Shown here: in pieces, positions 1 through 9,483 of the stretch | Numbering within the stretch: the first letter of the stretch is position 1 | Layout of the letters: each line of letters starts with the position of its first letter | From: Trichormus sp. ATA11-4-KO1 | Lineage (GTDB): Bacteria > Cyanobacteriota > Cyanobacteriia > Cyanobacteriales > Nostocaceae | Assembly: GCA_019358915.1 (NCBI GenBank) | Contig: JAHHIM010000015.1 | Coordinates: 34,249-98,248, forward strand | Direction of reading: 5' to 3' | Length of the DNA: 64,000 nucleotides | Program-made: the position numbers and the translations under genes | The notes under the pieces: generated by a model | What the model saw: only the letters and a program-made list of their open reading frames with translations | The model's database searches: none | What the model was told of the DNA's origin: nothing

Positions 1-2
1 CT

Positions 3-365
3 GATCAACTGTTCAATCATCACAGTCCTGTGAGCCATGCTGATACTTATTTGGAAAATGCCAGGTATGAACCCAGACGATGCAACATTTTTAGAAATAG
101 TCGTCAGACTTGTTTAAACGTTGCTGTTTGGTATGCAATGTTTCTGTGGAAAGGTTTTGGAATTGCCGGATTTTTATCTCCTCGCTCTCTGCAATATCTA
201 TTCCTGTTAATTGGATTGGTAGGTTATGGAGCTTTTTATGAGATATTCTATCTCTACCAAACCAGGAAGCTTCCTGCCAACAGTCAAGTGGCTCAAAGAA
301 ATCAAGAAGTTAAAGACTATCAATACAAAGCTGAATTACAGCCTTGGATAGCTGAAGCCCAATGA
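3..365 (+). CDS. C-terminal part of a flavin-dependent halogenase-like protein (5' end outside the window); paralog of 503..2356
   Basis: The frame is open from position 3 (DQLFNHHSPVSHADTYLENARYEPRRCNIF...WKGFGIAG...LPANSQV...YQYKAELQPW). It aligns by eye with the C-terminus of the next ORF (DQLV...DDYLENAKYEPGRTNIF...WKGFGLAG...LPANSQV...YQYQAQLQPW). The GTG at 30 is internal. Confidence 0.85.
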   Translation, partial: DQLFNHHSPVSHADTYLENARYEPRRCNIFRNSRQTCLNVAVWYAMFLWKGFGIAGFLSPRSLQYLFLLIGLVGYGAFYEIFYLYQTRKLPANSQVAQRNQEVKDYQYKAELQPWIAEAQ

Positions 366-367
366 AA

Positions 368-407
368 AGTGCTGAGTTAAAAGTGCTGAGTGCTGAGTTA
401 AAAGACC
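368..407. repeat. STRR-type heptamer repeat (AGTGCTG-like)
   Basis: Tandem agtgctgag units; 388-407 (GAGTGCTGAGTTAAAAGACC) recurs identically at 2371-2390. Confidence 0.8.
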
Positions 408-502
408 TTAGCACCTTAGCTTTTCTCACGCAGATATCTAGGAAAATTTTCTCTAATTCTCATATTTCCATACACATTTGTTAGTTAACAAAGGAATTAT
501 CA

Positions 503-2356
503 ATGTATACTAGCCAGTCTCATGAATATGACGTTGTGATTATGGGTGCAGGGTTTGCTGGTCTATGTCAAGCAAGGCATCTGATGCTCAACATCCCCAA
601 TATCAAAGTTGCCCTCATCGACCCTCGACCGGAAGAACGGACTGATAAAGACTTGAAAGTTGGTGAATCTTTGGTGGAAGTCTCTTCGCTTTTTGTGACT
701 AAAGAGTTGGGTCTTTATGAGTACATGATTGAAAATCATACACCAAAGTTTGGTTTGAATTTTCATTGGCCGAAAGACCCTGCTCGTACCGAAACAATTG
801 ATGATTACTTGAGTATTTGGGATAATCGGCAACCATCGATTACTACTTTTCATATGAACCGCTCTAAGTTTGAGCGAGATGTGTTGCAAATGAATCAGGA
901 GATGGGTGCTGTTTTCTATAATGGTCGCGTCTTAGATGTTGATCTGACACCAGGTGATGCAATTAAAACGGTTAAGAGTAAGGTTAACGGTGAAGTTATA
1001 GAACTGAAAGCCAAGCACGTAATTGACGCCGCAGGTCGCAGGTTCATTATTGGCAATAAGACCAATAATTTGGTTTTTAATCAAGCTGGTGGCGGTGAAG
1101 GGTCTGATAATCTCTACGGTGTTAATAATGGCTCAGCATGGCTACGTGTGAGAAATATGGATCGATCGCTGTTCCATGATGGTTATGATCCCACAAGTGC
1201 GACTGCTAGTCACTGGTATGCAACCAATCACTGGTTTGGTCATGGACATTGGTTATGGATGATTCCTACCAGTACAGATCCTTTAGAACTGTCGATTGGG
1301 GTTATTCATCATCATGAGGTCATTCATAGTGAACAGATTAATACTCGCGATAAATTCCTTGCTTTCTTGAAAGCAAATCATACCCATCTCTATAAACTGA
1401 TCACTAGTGGTGAACAAGTTGATTTCCATTACTTGCCGAGAGTAGCGCATAGCAGCAAAATGGTATTTTCTCCCGATAACTGGTATGTGCTGGGTGATGC
1501 AGCCTATATTTTCGATGCTTTTTATTCCTATGGTGCAACAATGATTTCTTTTGCTGCGGAAAGCATCACCGAAATCATTCGCGCCAAGTTGGCAGGGGAA
1601 GCCAATGCGGAACAGAAACGCTTGGCTTTTAACGAGTTTAATCTGACAATGGCACGTAGTGCTAATGGCGTCATGCGCTATCATGCCAAGCAATTAGGCA
1701 ATGCTAGTGTGATGAGTTGGCGGATTTACTTTGAGTATATGTGGTGGTTTGGGATTATTTTGCCTTTGTTTATCGGTAAACGACACCTGGATATTAACTT
1801 TGTCCCTCAATTCACCAAAGCTTTTAGTGCCAATATTGATGGAGTTTTAGCTGATGTACATCAACAGTTTAATCAACTTGTAGATCAAGGCACTAATTTA
1901 GGTATTTTAGATTGTTACAGAGCAGATCAATTAGTTGGAGAATACTACACATCTAAACGCTTTGATGACTACCTGGAAAACGCTAAGTATGAACCAGGAC
2001 GAACCAATATCTTTGCTAGTATCAAATCTGCTTACTACTACGTAGCAATTTGGTACACCATGTTTCAGTGGAAAGGCTTTGGTTTAGCAGGTTTGCTAGC
2101 ACCGCGATCGCTTTACAATATCTTCCGTTTACTGGCTTTGTCGAGCTATACTGCCATCGGCGAATTAATCTACCGCTTCCAGACCCGAAATTTGCCTGCT
2201 AACAGTCAAGTGGAAAAGATGCGTCAAGAATTCAAAAACTACCAATACCAAGCTCAGTTACAGCCTTGGACTCCAGAAATAGACTCGCCATGCATGGAGC
2301 AGCAATCAAGTGAGCAAGCAGTACCAAGGCTGCCAGAGTTATCTGTACTGTCCTAG
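503..2356 (+). CDS. Flavin-dependent halogenase-family (tryptophan halogenase-like) FAD oxidoreductase
   Basis: GAGFAG FAD motif, KVGES motif, candidate catalytic Lys in HTPKFG, DAAGR, WxWxIP signature (WLWMIP), GDAA second FAD motif. Confidence 0.8.
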   Translation: MYTSQSHEYDVVIMGAGFAGLCQARHLMLNIPNIKVALIDPRPEERTDKDLKVGESLVEVSSLFVTKELGLYEYMIENHTPKFGLNFHWPKDPARTETIDDYLSIWDNRQPSITTFHMNRSKFERDVLQMNQEMGAVFYNGRVLDVDLTPGDAIKTVKSKVNGEVIELKAKHVIDAAGRRFIIGNKTNNLVFNQAGGGEGSDNLYGVNNGSAWLRVRNMDRSLFHDGYDPTSATASHWYATNHWFGHGHWLWMIPTSTDPLELSIGVIHHHEVIHSEQINTRDKFLAFLKANHTHLYKLITSGEQVDFHYLPRVAHSSKMVFSPDNWYVLGDAAYIFDAFYSYGATMISFAAESITEIIRAKLAGEANAEQKRLAFNEFNLTMARSANGVMRYHAKQLGNASVMSWRIYFEYMWWFGIILPLFIGKRHLDINFVPQFTKAFSANIDGVLADVHQQFNQLVDQGTNLGILDCYRADQLVGEYYTSKRFDDYLENAKYEPGRTNIFASIKSAYYYVAIWYTMFQWKGFGLAGLLAPRSLYNIFRLLALSSYTAIGELIYRFQTRNLPANSQVEKMRQEFKNYQYQAQLQPWTPEIDSPCMEQQSSEQAVPRLPELSVLS

Positions 2357-2609
2357 CTCAACACGATGAAGAGTGCTGAGTTAAAAGACCACTCACAAGG
2401 GGTGAGGTATCAACCTGTTCCCTGTAAGAAGATTCTACCCATAAGAGGTGAAGTATTTACCGAGTGCGAAAGTAACAAGCATTCTTCTTACTCAGCACTC
2501 CCCTTCGACTTCGCTCAGGGCAGGCGCACTCAGCACTTTTACATCAAGTGCATCATAGAATTCCACTTTCTCCACATGTTTTCATTATTGAGGAATAAAT
2601 TTAAAAACT

Positions 2610-2966
2610 ATGTCTGAGTTAACATCGACCCCAAGCACTAATGAAATTCATAAGGGACTCCATCTCTTGGGATTAAGTCTTTCTGAACTGGAACTCAATG
2701 ACCTGAAGATAGGGCAAACTATTTCACTCGAAACCAGAAGTTTAGGTGAAATCGGTTCAATGTTTATCTTAGCAGCAGCACTTTCAGCCGTGAATTTAGG
2801 TAAAACTAAGAAAACTGTGACCTTTGGAGATTTACCACAAGTAGTGAATGAATCGGCAAATTCCCCAGGAATTCCCATATATTGCTGGATTTCTGATACT
2901 CTGAATAAAAAATGTCTTTACCTAACTTTAGTTGATGGCAAACCTGCACTGTGCATTACCACGTAG
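2610..2966 (+). CDS. Hypothetical protein (118 aa)
   Basis: ATG start with GAGG upstream; co-oriented between the halogenase and devB; no family recognised. Confidence 0.6.
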   Translation: MSELTSTPSTNEIHKGLHLLGLSLSELELNDLKIGQTISLETRSLGEIGSMFILAAALSAVNLGKTKKTVTFGDLPQVVNESANSPGIPIYCWISDTLNKKCLYLTLVDGKPALCITT

Positions 2967-3135
2967 CACTAGTAAAGCTCAGGATAAATTTACATAAGTT
3001 CGTAATTTTAGTGAAGAGCTAAAGTTCCCACCAATGGGTTATTTTATCAGTTATGGATTTATGAAATACTGACCTCCGCTATAGTTGATAAAACTTGATG
3101 ATCCGAGCTTTTTTACTTTTTTATGGGATGCTTAA

Positions 3136-4455
3136 ATGAAATCACCACTATCTTTTAAATCTACAAGCTTGGTAACAACTATTCTCTTAGTTACAGGCGC
3201 TTTAATTACAGGTGCTGTGACTACTTATTCTGTATTACGTTTCCAGTCAGCAAATTCCAGTCCGCCACCAACTACCCTAGCTACTGCGAATATTGATATT
3301 GGTGCTGTTGCTGCTACGGGGGTTTTGGAACCTAAAGACGAAGTAATTGCCATATCTGCACCAGCTTTCCAGGAAGGAGCAAGAGTGAAGCAACTGCTAG
3401 TGAAACGGGGAGATAAAGTTGAATCTGGTCAAGTCATCGCTATTCTAGACAGCCGCGATCGCTTGGAAGCATCTCTGCAACAGGCGCAAACACAAATTAG
3501 AGTTGCCCAAGCTCGTCTACTGCAAGTCAAAGCTGGTGCGAAAAGAGGTGACATCATAGCTCAAGATGCTAGGTTTCAAGGTACAAAGGCTGAATTAGAA
3601 GGGCAAATCGCCACCCAAAGGGCAGCCATTGCTAGCTTACAGGCTAAGTTGCAAGGGGAAAAGAGTGCCCAAGAAGCGACGATTGGGCGCATCAAAGCTG
3701 AGTTACGAAATTCCCAAACTGATTGTGAGCGCTATGAGAATTTATATAAAGATGGGGCGGTAGCAGCTCAACAACGTGATAGTTTTTGCCTGCAACGGGA
3801 CACCAATCAAGAACGGCTCAAGGAAGCCCAAGCAAATCTCAGCCGCATTGTCAATTCTTATCAAGAAGATATTCAAGAAGCAAAAGCAAACCTGAATCGC
3901 ACAGTAGCCACAAATCAAAAGCAGATTAAAGAAGCGCAAGCCACCCTAGACTCAGTTGCAGAAGTTCGTCCTGTCGATGTACAAATCGCCCAAATGGAAT
4001 TTGCAGCTGCACAAGCAGCAGCTCAACGGGCTAGGGCAGATTTAGATTTAGCTTATGTGCGATCGCCTAGAGATGGTCAAGTTCTAAAAGTTCATACCTG
4101 GCCAGGTGAACTAATTGGCAATGAGGGAATTGTTGACTTAGGAAACACTGACCAAATGTATGTAACGGCAGAAGTTTATGAAACCGATATTACTAGAGTC
4201 AGTATAGGTCAAACAGCCACAATTAGGGGTGATAGAGTAATAGGCGATTTACAAGGAACAGTAGATGAAATTGGTTTACAAATTGGCAAAAAAGATGCAC
4301 TAGGGACTGACCCCGTTGCTGATGCAGATGCCAGAGTAGTGGAAGTAAAAATTAAGCTCGATCAAGAAGCTAGTCAGCGAGTTGCAGGCTTAACTAATTT
4401 ACAAGTCAAAGTGGTGATTAATACATCAGAAACTACACAAAGCATGAGCAATTAA
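3136..4455 (+). CDS. devB: DevB-family ABC exporter membrane fusion protein
   Basis: N-terminal TM segment, VAATGVLEP, lipoyl-like half motifs, long coiled coil, AEVYETDI, DARVVEVKIKL, LTNLQVKV. Confidence 0.9.
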   Translation: MKSPLSFKSTSLVTTILLVTGALITGAVTTYSVLRFQSANSSPPPTTLATANIDIGAVAATGVLEPKDEVIAISAPAFQEGARVKQLLVKRGDKVESGQVIAILDSRDRLEASLQQAQTQIRVAQARLLQVKAGAKRGDIIAQDARFQGTKAELEGQIATQRAAIASLQAKLQGEKSAQEATIGRIKAELRNSQTDCERYENLYKDGAVAAQQRDSFCLQRDTNQERLKEAQANLSRIVNSYQEDIQEAKANLNRTVATNQKQIKEAQATLDSVAEVRPVDVQIAQMEFAAAQAAAQRARADLDLAYVRSPRDGQVLKVHTWPGELIGNEGIVDLGNTDQMYVTAEVYETDITRVSIGQTATIRGDRVIGDLQGTVDEIGLQIGKKDALGTDPVADADARVVEVKIKLDQEASQRVAGLTNLQVKVVINTSETTQSMSN

Positions 4456-4464
4456 CCAAAAATT

Positions 4465-5640
4465 ATGTTTAGTAAATTACCTACAGCTTGGTTACAACTT
4501 AGCCATCAAAGAACTCGATTAATTGTTGCACTTTCCGGAGTTATCTTTGCAGTTGTGATTGTTTTTATGCAGCTTGGCATTCGTGATGCTTTGTTTGATA
4601 GTGCGGTTCGTCTCCATGAAGGTTTACAAGGTGATTGTTTTTTAATTAGTCCGCGTTCTACATCCTTAATTGCGATGGAGAGCTTTCCAGAAAGACGCTT
4701 AACGCAAGCTTTGGCGTTTGAGGAAGTGGATTTTGTGAATCCTATTTATTTGGGATTTGGTCAGTGGAAAAACCCCGAAACTAGAGATTATTGGCGCAAT
4801 ATTTTTGTGATTGGTTTTGAATTTCGAGATAGAGAGCCAATATTTAATTTTCCAGGAGTTGAAGAGAATTTAAATTTTCTGAAATTACCGGATATGGTTT
4901 TATTTGACCGTAGTTCTCGCTCTGAATTTGGTCCTATTGTGGCAGACTTTGAAAAACAGCGCAACGTAACAGCAGAAATTAGCGATCGCGGTATAAATCG
5001 CAAAGTTCAAGTAGCGGGATTATTTGAACTGGGAACTTCGTTTGGATCTGATGGTAATTTACTTACTAGCCATCTTAACTTCCTGAGAATTTTTAGTGGT
5101 CGGCAGCAAGGCTTAATTAATATTGGCTTGATTAAATTAAAACCTGGAAATGATGCTGATGCTTTTGTCACGAAACTGAAAGACTACTTACCCAAAGATG
5201 TGAAAGTTCTCTCAAAATCCGAATTAATTGCTTTTGAAAAAAATTATTGGCAAAGTAGTACAGCAATTGGCTTTATTTTTAACTTAGGAGTAGCTCTAGG
5301 AATTATTGTCGGTGTTGTGGTTGTTTATCAAATTCTTTATAGCAATGTTTCGGAACATTTAGCAGAATATGCCACTCTCAAAGCAATGGGATATCGTCAT
5401 AATTATCTGTTGTCTATGGTGCTGCAACAAGCCTTGTTTATTGCCATTTTAGGTTATATACCAGGTTTGCTCATTTCTGTAATTCAATATGAATTTGCTA
5501 AACAAGCTACCTTACTACCAATTGTGATGAATTTCCCCAGAGCAACATTTGTCCTAGCATCAACTATCATTATGTGTTTTATTTCTGGTGCTACTGCGGT
5601 GGGTAAACTAAAATCCGCAGATCCGGCTGATATTTTTTAA
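4465..5640 (+). CDS. devC: DevC-family ABC exporter permease
   Basis: AWLQL...RLIVALSGVIFAV, FMQLG, LGTSFGSDGNL, EYATLKAMGY, C-terminal ADPADIF. Confidence 0.92.
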   Translation: MFSKLPTAWLQLSHQRTRLIVALSGVIFAVVIVFMQLGIRDALFDSAVRLHEGLQGDCFLISPRSTSLIAMESFPERRLTQALAFEEVDFVNPIYLGFGQWKNPETRDYWRNIFVIGFEFRDREPIFNFPGVEENLNFLKLPDMVLFDRSSRSEFGPIVADFEKQRNVTAEISDRGINRKVQVAGLFELGTSFGSDGNLLTSHLNFLRIFSGRQQGLINIGLIKLKPGNDADAFVTKLKDYLPKDVKVLSKSELIAFEKNYWQSSTAIGFIFNLGVALGIIVGVVVVYQILYSNVSEHLAEYATLKAMGYRHNYLLSMVLQQALFIAILGYIPGLLISVIQYEFAKQATLLPIVMNFPRATFVLASTIIMCFISGATAVGKLKSADPADIF

Positions 5641-5654
5641 GGACTATATATATT

Positions 5655-6341
5655 ATGCAACCTGTAATAGCTATTAGTAATCTCAACCATTATTATGGCA
5701 ATAGTTCTTTAAAAAAACAGGTCTTATTTGATATTAACCTGGAAATATATCCGGGAGAAATTGTCATTATGACTGGCCCTTCCGGCTCTGGAAAAACTAC
5801 TTTATTATCATTAATTGGGGCTTTGCGTTCTGTCCAAGAGGGAAGTATTAAAATTTTAGGCGAAGAAATGCATGGCGCAAATGAAGAAAAAATGGTGCAA
5901 ACTCGTCGCCACATCGGTTATATTTTCCAAGCTCATAATTTATTACCATTTATGAGTGCTAGACAAAATGTCCAAATGTCAATTGAGCTGCATGAAGATA
6001 TTAGCAGTCACGAAGCACGCACCAAATCGGAAGCAATGCTTCAGGAAGTGGGATTGGGGGAGCGAGTTGACTACTATCCTGACAGCCTTTCAGGAGGACA
6101 AAAACAACGTGTAGCGATCGCTCGTGCTTTAGTGAGTCACCCTAAACTAGTTTTAGCAGATGAGCCAACTGCGGCATTAGATAAAAAGACAGGTCGAGAT
6201 GTTGTAGATTTGATGCAGCGTCTAGCAAAAGAACAAGGATGCACTATCATGTTGGTAACTCACGACAATCGGATTTTAGATATTGCCGATCGCATTATTA
6301 ATATGGAAGATGGTCAACTTTCACTGATGACAGTTACTTAA
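5655..6341 (+). CDS. devA: DevA-family ABC exporter ATPase
   Basis: Walker A GPSGSGKTT, LSGGQKQRVAIARAL, LADEPTAALD, VTHDNRIL. Confidence 0.93.
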   Translation: MQPVIAISNLNHYYGNSSLKKQVLFDINLEIYPGEIVIMTGPSGSGKTTLLSLIGALRSVQEGSIKILGEEMHGANEEKMVQTRRHIGYIFQAHNLLPFMSARQNVQMSIELHEDISSHEARTKSEAMLQEVGLGERVDYYPDSLSGGQKQRVAIARALVSHPKLVLADEPTAALDKKTGRDVVDLMQRLAKEQGCTIMLVTHDNRILDIADRIINMEDGQLSLMTVT

Positions 6342-6345
6342 ATAA

Positions 6346-6645
6346 GGAAGAGGGAAGAAGGAAGAAGGAAGAAAGTCTTCTTTCTTCTTGCCAAACGGAT
6401 TTAAATCCCCACTTCGACAGGTGATAAGTAAGTACGCGAGAATAAATCAAAGTACATTAAGTAATGTAAAAATCTGGGGATTAGTTCGTAGTAAGGACTT
6501 CAGTCCTTATGAGAGGACTAAAGTCCTCTCTGCGAGACGCTACGCGAACACTACAAACCTTTAATTATTTACGCCCACCTACTTACAGTGAGCCTGTCGA
6601 ACTGCTCAGTGACCACCACCAATTTTCCTTCTTCCTTCTTCCTCC
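6346..6645. repeat. Nested composite repeat: GGAAGAA/TTCTTCC heptamer flanks around a MITE-like element (6425-6585)
   Basis: Inverted heptamer arrays at both ends. TAAGTAAGTACGCG at 6425 imperfectly matches the reverse complement of ACGCCCACCTACTTA ending at 6585. Internal AGGACT/AGTCCT hairpins and a GACGCTACGCGAAC small repeat. Confidence 0.65.
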
Positions 6646-6669
6646 AACAGCACTTCCTTCTTTAATCAA

Positions 6670-8511
6670 TTACATACTTTCTTTGTATGTTATTAACAAT
6701 TGCGGAATATAATCATATCCATCTACACCGATAATTGCAATCATTTTAGGGCGATGTTGCTGTAATAAACTTTGAAAAGCTTCTGCCCCCATTTGACCTT
6801 GTAATATTGTGAGTAATCCTGCTGGTTGTCGCCATTCGCTAGAGGCAATTTGCTCCAAAAGATACATTCCTAGACTGCCAGTGTAAATAGCTTTTTCTGA
6901 ATTTTGTAAATTATAATAAGCTTCAGCTAAGTAAGCTAAGTTGCGTCCTTGGAGATATAAATCACCGGAAACTTGGGCTGTTTTAAAACCATTTTCTAAA
7001 TATGGAATTGCCTCTTGTGGTTGATTTATCACTAGATAGGCAATGCCTAAACTACTGCAACATAAGGCTTTACTTTGCATATCTCCTAGCTGTTCTGATA
7101 ACTTTAAACCTTGTTCCAAATAGTTAATTGCCGTTTCGTAGACTTCTGTTTCTATTTGTTCCAGTTGTTGCGCTTGCATCACTTCGCTGTAACCTAAATT
7201 TACCAGGGCGTTGGCTTCCCCTGTCCGATTCCCTGCTTGCCGACTCAGCATTAATGCCCGTTGACTATAATTAATTGCCTCAGCATAGTTTTGCTCTTGT
7301 ACATAAGTACGGCTGAGGTGGTTGAGATTAGCAATTTCACAGGGGCGATCGCCTGCATTTCTGGCTATTTCCAATGCTTGCTGATGAAACTGAATTGAGC
7401 GTTGGTATTGCCCTAATGCACGTTGCGAATAGCCTAAAAGTGTCAATATTCTGGCTTTTTCTTGGGTTCCTTCAACTTGTCGCAGTGGTTCATCCAGATA
7501 ATCTAAAGCATCCCGTAAAGAACTGCCTGAAAACGAAGCGAAAATCCCACCGTAGAGGGGAAAATATGAACGCTGGGAAAAATTGCGTAAAATTTGTAGC
7601 ATGATTTGAGAACAGGCATCACTATATACTGCCCTGCTACGAAAACCATTTGCTAACTGACTCCAAATCACTGCAAAGGTCAAAAAAGTAGAAATTGACA
7701 ACTTTGACCCTGCTTGAATGTTGTAGGCTTGTTGGTCGAACCAGTTAACTAAACCTCGTTGCAAGTACTGCAAAATTAAGGCGATTTCTACCCAATCACT
7801 CAGGGTAATATTACTTTGGCGTTCGGCAAATTCAATGGCAGATTGTTCCATGGCTAAAGTCCGAAACAATGCTTGGGCGATATCACTATTAACCTGCTTG
7901 GCCCAAGTTGCCCAAGGGCCACTTTCTCCAGGTACGCCACCAAATCCTAATTGCTGATTTCGCTCATACATCCAGCTAACTAAGTGGTCTTGCAGCCGTT
8001 GCCAAGCAGTTAAACCATTGGTAATTCCCTGTGATATTTCTGGTAAATCAGCATTTACTTGAGCAAACTGTTGTAAAGCTTTGGATAATTGCTGTAGTTG
8101 CTGTACATTCGGTGGTTGCTTCTGATTCGGGTCGATAATGCGTAAAAATATAGCTAGACGCTCATCAGTAGCAGCTGTAGTAATTTCTTTAACTGCCGAG
8201 GCGATCGCTTCTGTAGCTTTATTTTGCTCTCCGTAGCGCTGCCATTGACTTTGAATAGTCTTAATTGCTCTTAAACTCCGATGAGCCTTGGCTTTCTTCA
8301 GTTCATCTGTTTGACTATCCACTTGAGCTTGAATGGCGCTGAGGCGATCGCTCAAAGCTAACTCAAAGACTTCTCCTGTGCCCGAAGTTATATTTTTCTG
8401 CAATAATTGATACACCATTTCTACAGAGCTAATTTTGCCCTGGAGCGTGGCTTGGACAATTTCATCAATTAAAGCGAGATAGCTATCGCGTAATGGCAGA
8501 GATTCTGACAC
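6670..8511 (-). CDS. Tetratricopeptide repeat protein
   Basis: C-terminal TPR-like repeats (LTLLGYSQRALGQYQRSIQFHQQAL, ALVNLGYSE, LGIAY...EAIPYLE). Confidence 0.85.
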   Translation of the reverse strand: MSESLPLRDSYLALIDEIVQATLQGKISSVEMVYQLLQKNITSGTGEVFELALSDRLSAIQAQVDSQTDELKKAKAHRSLRAIKTIQSQWQRYGEQNKATEAIASAVKEITTAATDERLAIFLRIIDPNQKQPPNVQQLQQLSKALQQFAQVNADLPEISQGITNGLTAWQRLQDHLVSWMYERNQQLGFGGVPGESGPWATWAKQVNSDIAQALFRTLAMEQSAIEFAERQSNITLSDWVEIALILQYLQRGLVNWFDQQAYNIQAGSKLSISTFLTFAVIWSQLANGFRSRAVYSDACSQIMLQILRNFSQRSYFPLYGGIFASFSGSSLRDALDYLDEPLRQVEGTQEKARILTLLGYSQRALGQYQRSIQFHQQALEIARNAGDRPCEIANLNHLSRTYVQEQNYAEAINYSQRALMLSRQAGNRTGEANALVNLGYSEVMQAQQLEQIETEVYETAINYLEQGLKLSEQLGDMQSKALCCSSLGIAYLVINQPQEAIPYLENGFKTAQVSGDLYLQGRNLAYLAEAYYNLQNSEKAIYTGSLGMYLLEQIASSEWRQPAGLLTILQGQMGAEAFQSLLQQHRPKMIAIIGVDGYDYIPQLLITYKESM

Positions 8512-8615
8512 TGTGGCTACTGGAGAACGTCAATTTTCATTTTAGGGCATGGGGCATTGGGGTTAGGCATAGATAAAACTTATTCCCTGTCACCTTGTCC
8601 CCTACTCCCTATCTT

Positions 8616-9392
8616 TTACCTTACAAACTGGGCATCGGAATTGAAAAACTGACGATATAAACCTTTAGTCACTAAAATCGTTGTCAACAAATTGGCGATC
8701 GCCACCATGAAAATAATTAAAATTTCGTAGGAGACAGCATCTAAAGGTCTGATTCCTGCGAGTAACTGTCCGGTGGTAATTCCAGGGATGGCTACCATAC
8801 CTACTAGCATCATTTGATTGAGAGTCGGCAAAAATGCGGCTCTAATGGCTTCTTTGCGGTATTGGCTGACTGCTTGCTGGGGAGTTGCACCTAAACTTAA
8901 ATGAGTTTCAATTTCTAAAGTTTGGGTGTTCATGGTGCTAACAAGACGTTCTCCCGCGATCGCGGCGGCGTTCATCGCATTGCCTAAAATTATTCCTGCT
9001 AACGGAATTACATAACGCGGTTCGTACCATCTATCTGGTTGAATAATCAAGAAAATTGTGTAAAGCACTGTCAAAGCAGTACTAACTAAAATTGCACCCC
9101 ATACCAAAGGCAAAACTTGGGGAATTTTGGGACTGATGCGATTTCGGGACACAATCGCCGTAATCGTCAAAATTACTGCTAAAATCGCCAAAACTGCCCA
9201 AAGATTGTCTAAAGCAAAGATGAAGTCTAAAACGTATCCTAATACGAGTAGTTGGAGGATGGTTCTGCCAGTAGCGATCGCTAAGTTCCACTCTAGTCCT
9301 AATTTTTCCCAGGCAGATAAACCAATGGCGATCGCCATCAATCCTACGGCCATAGCTAAATCAACTAAATCTAGCTTGATCAAATCTGGCAT
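8616..9392 (-). CDS. fetB: FetB/YbbM (UPF0014) iron-export ABC permease
   Basis: RTILQLLVLGYVL, PRYVIPLAGIILGNAMN, LSLGATPQQA, GMVAIPGITTGQLLAG. Confidence 0.85.
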   Translation of the reverse strand: MPDLIKLDLVDLAMAVGLMAIAIGLSAWEKLGLEWNLAIATGRTILQLLVLGYVLDFIFALDNLWAVLAILAVILTITAIVSRNRISPKIPQVLPLVWGAILVSTALTVLYTIFLIIQPDRWYEPRYVIPLAGIILGNAMNAAAIAGERLVSTMNTQTLEIETHLSLGATPQQAVSQYRKEAIRAAFLPTLNQMMLVGMVAIPGITTGQLLAGIRPLDAVSYEILIIFMVAIANLLTTILVTKGLYRQFFNSDAQFVR

Positions 9393-9483
9393 GAGTGATC
9401 CATCTCCTGCTCACAAGAAAACATGAAAATATTTTTTCCCATTCCTCATTCCCCATTCCTAGTTTTTGGAACTTTAATTTAAG

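Noticed and set aside
2366..2617. 83-aa ORF after the halogenase (similarly 6509-6712 and 53781-53966)
   Set aside because: It reads through STRR and small-repeat sequence or overlaps real genes; not protein-like.
2670..2732. LSLSELELNDLKIGQTISLE resembling the FliM/FliN SpoA motif
   Set aside because: Short match only, and there is no flagellar or type III secretion context.
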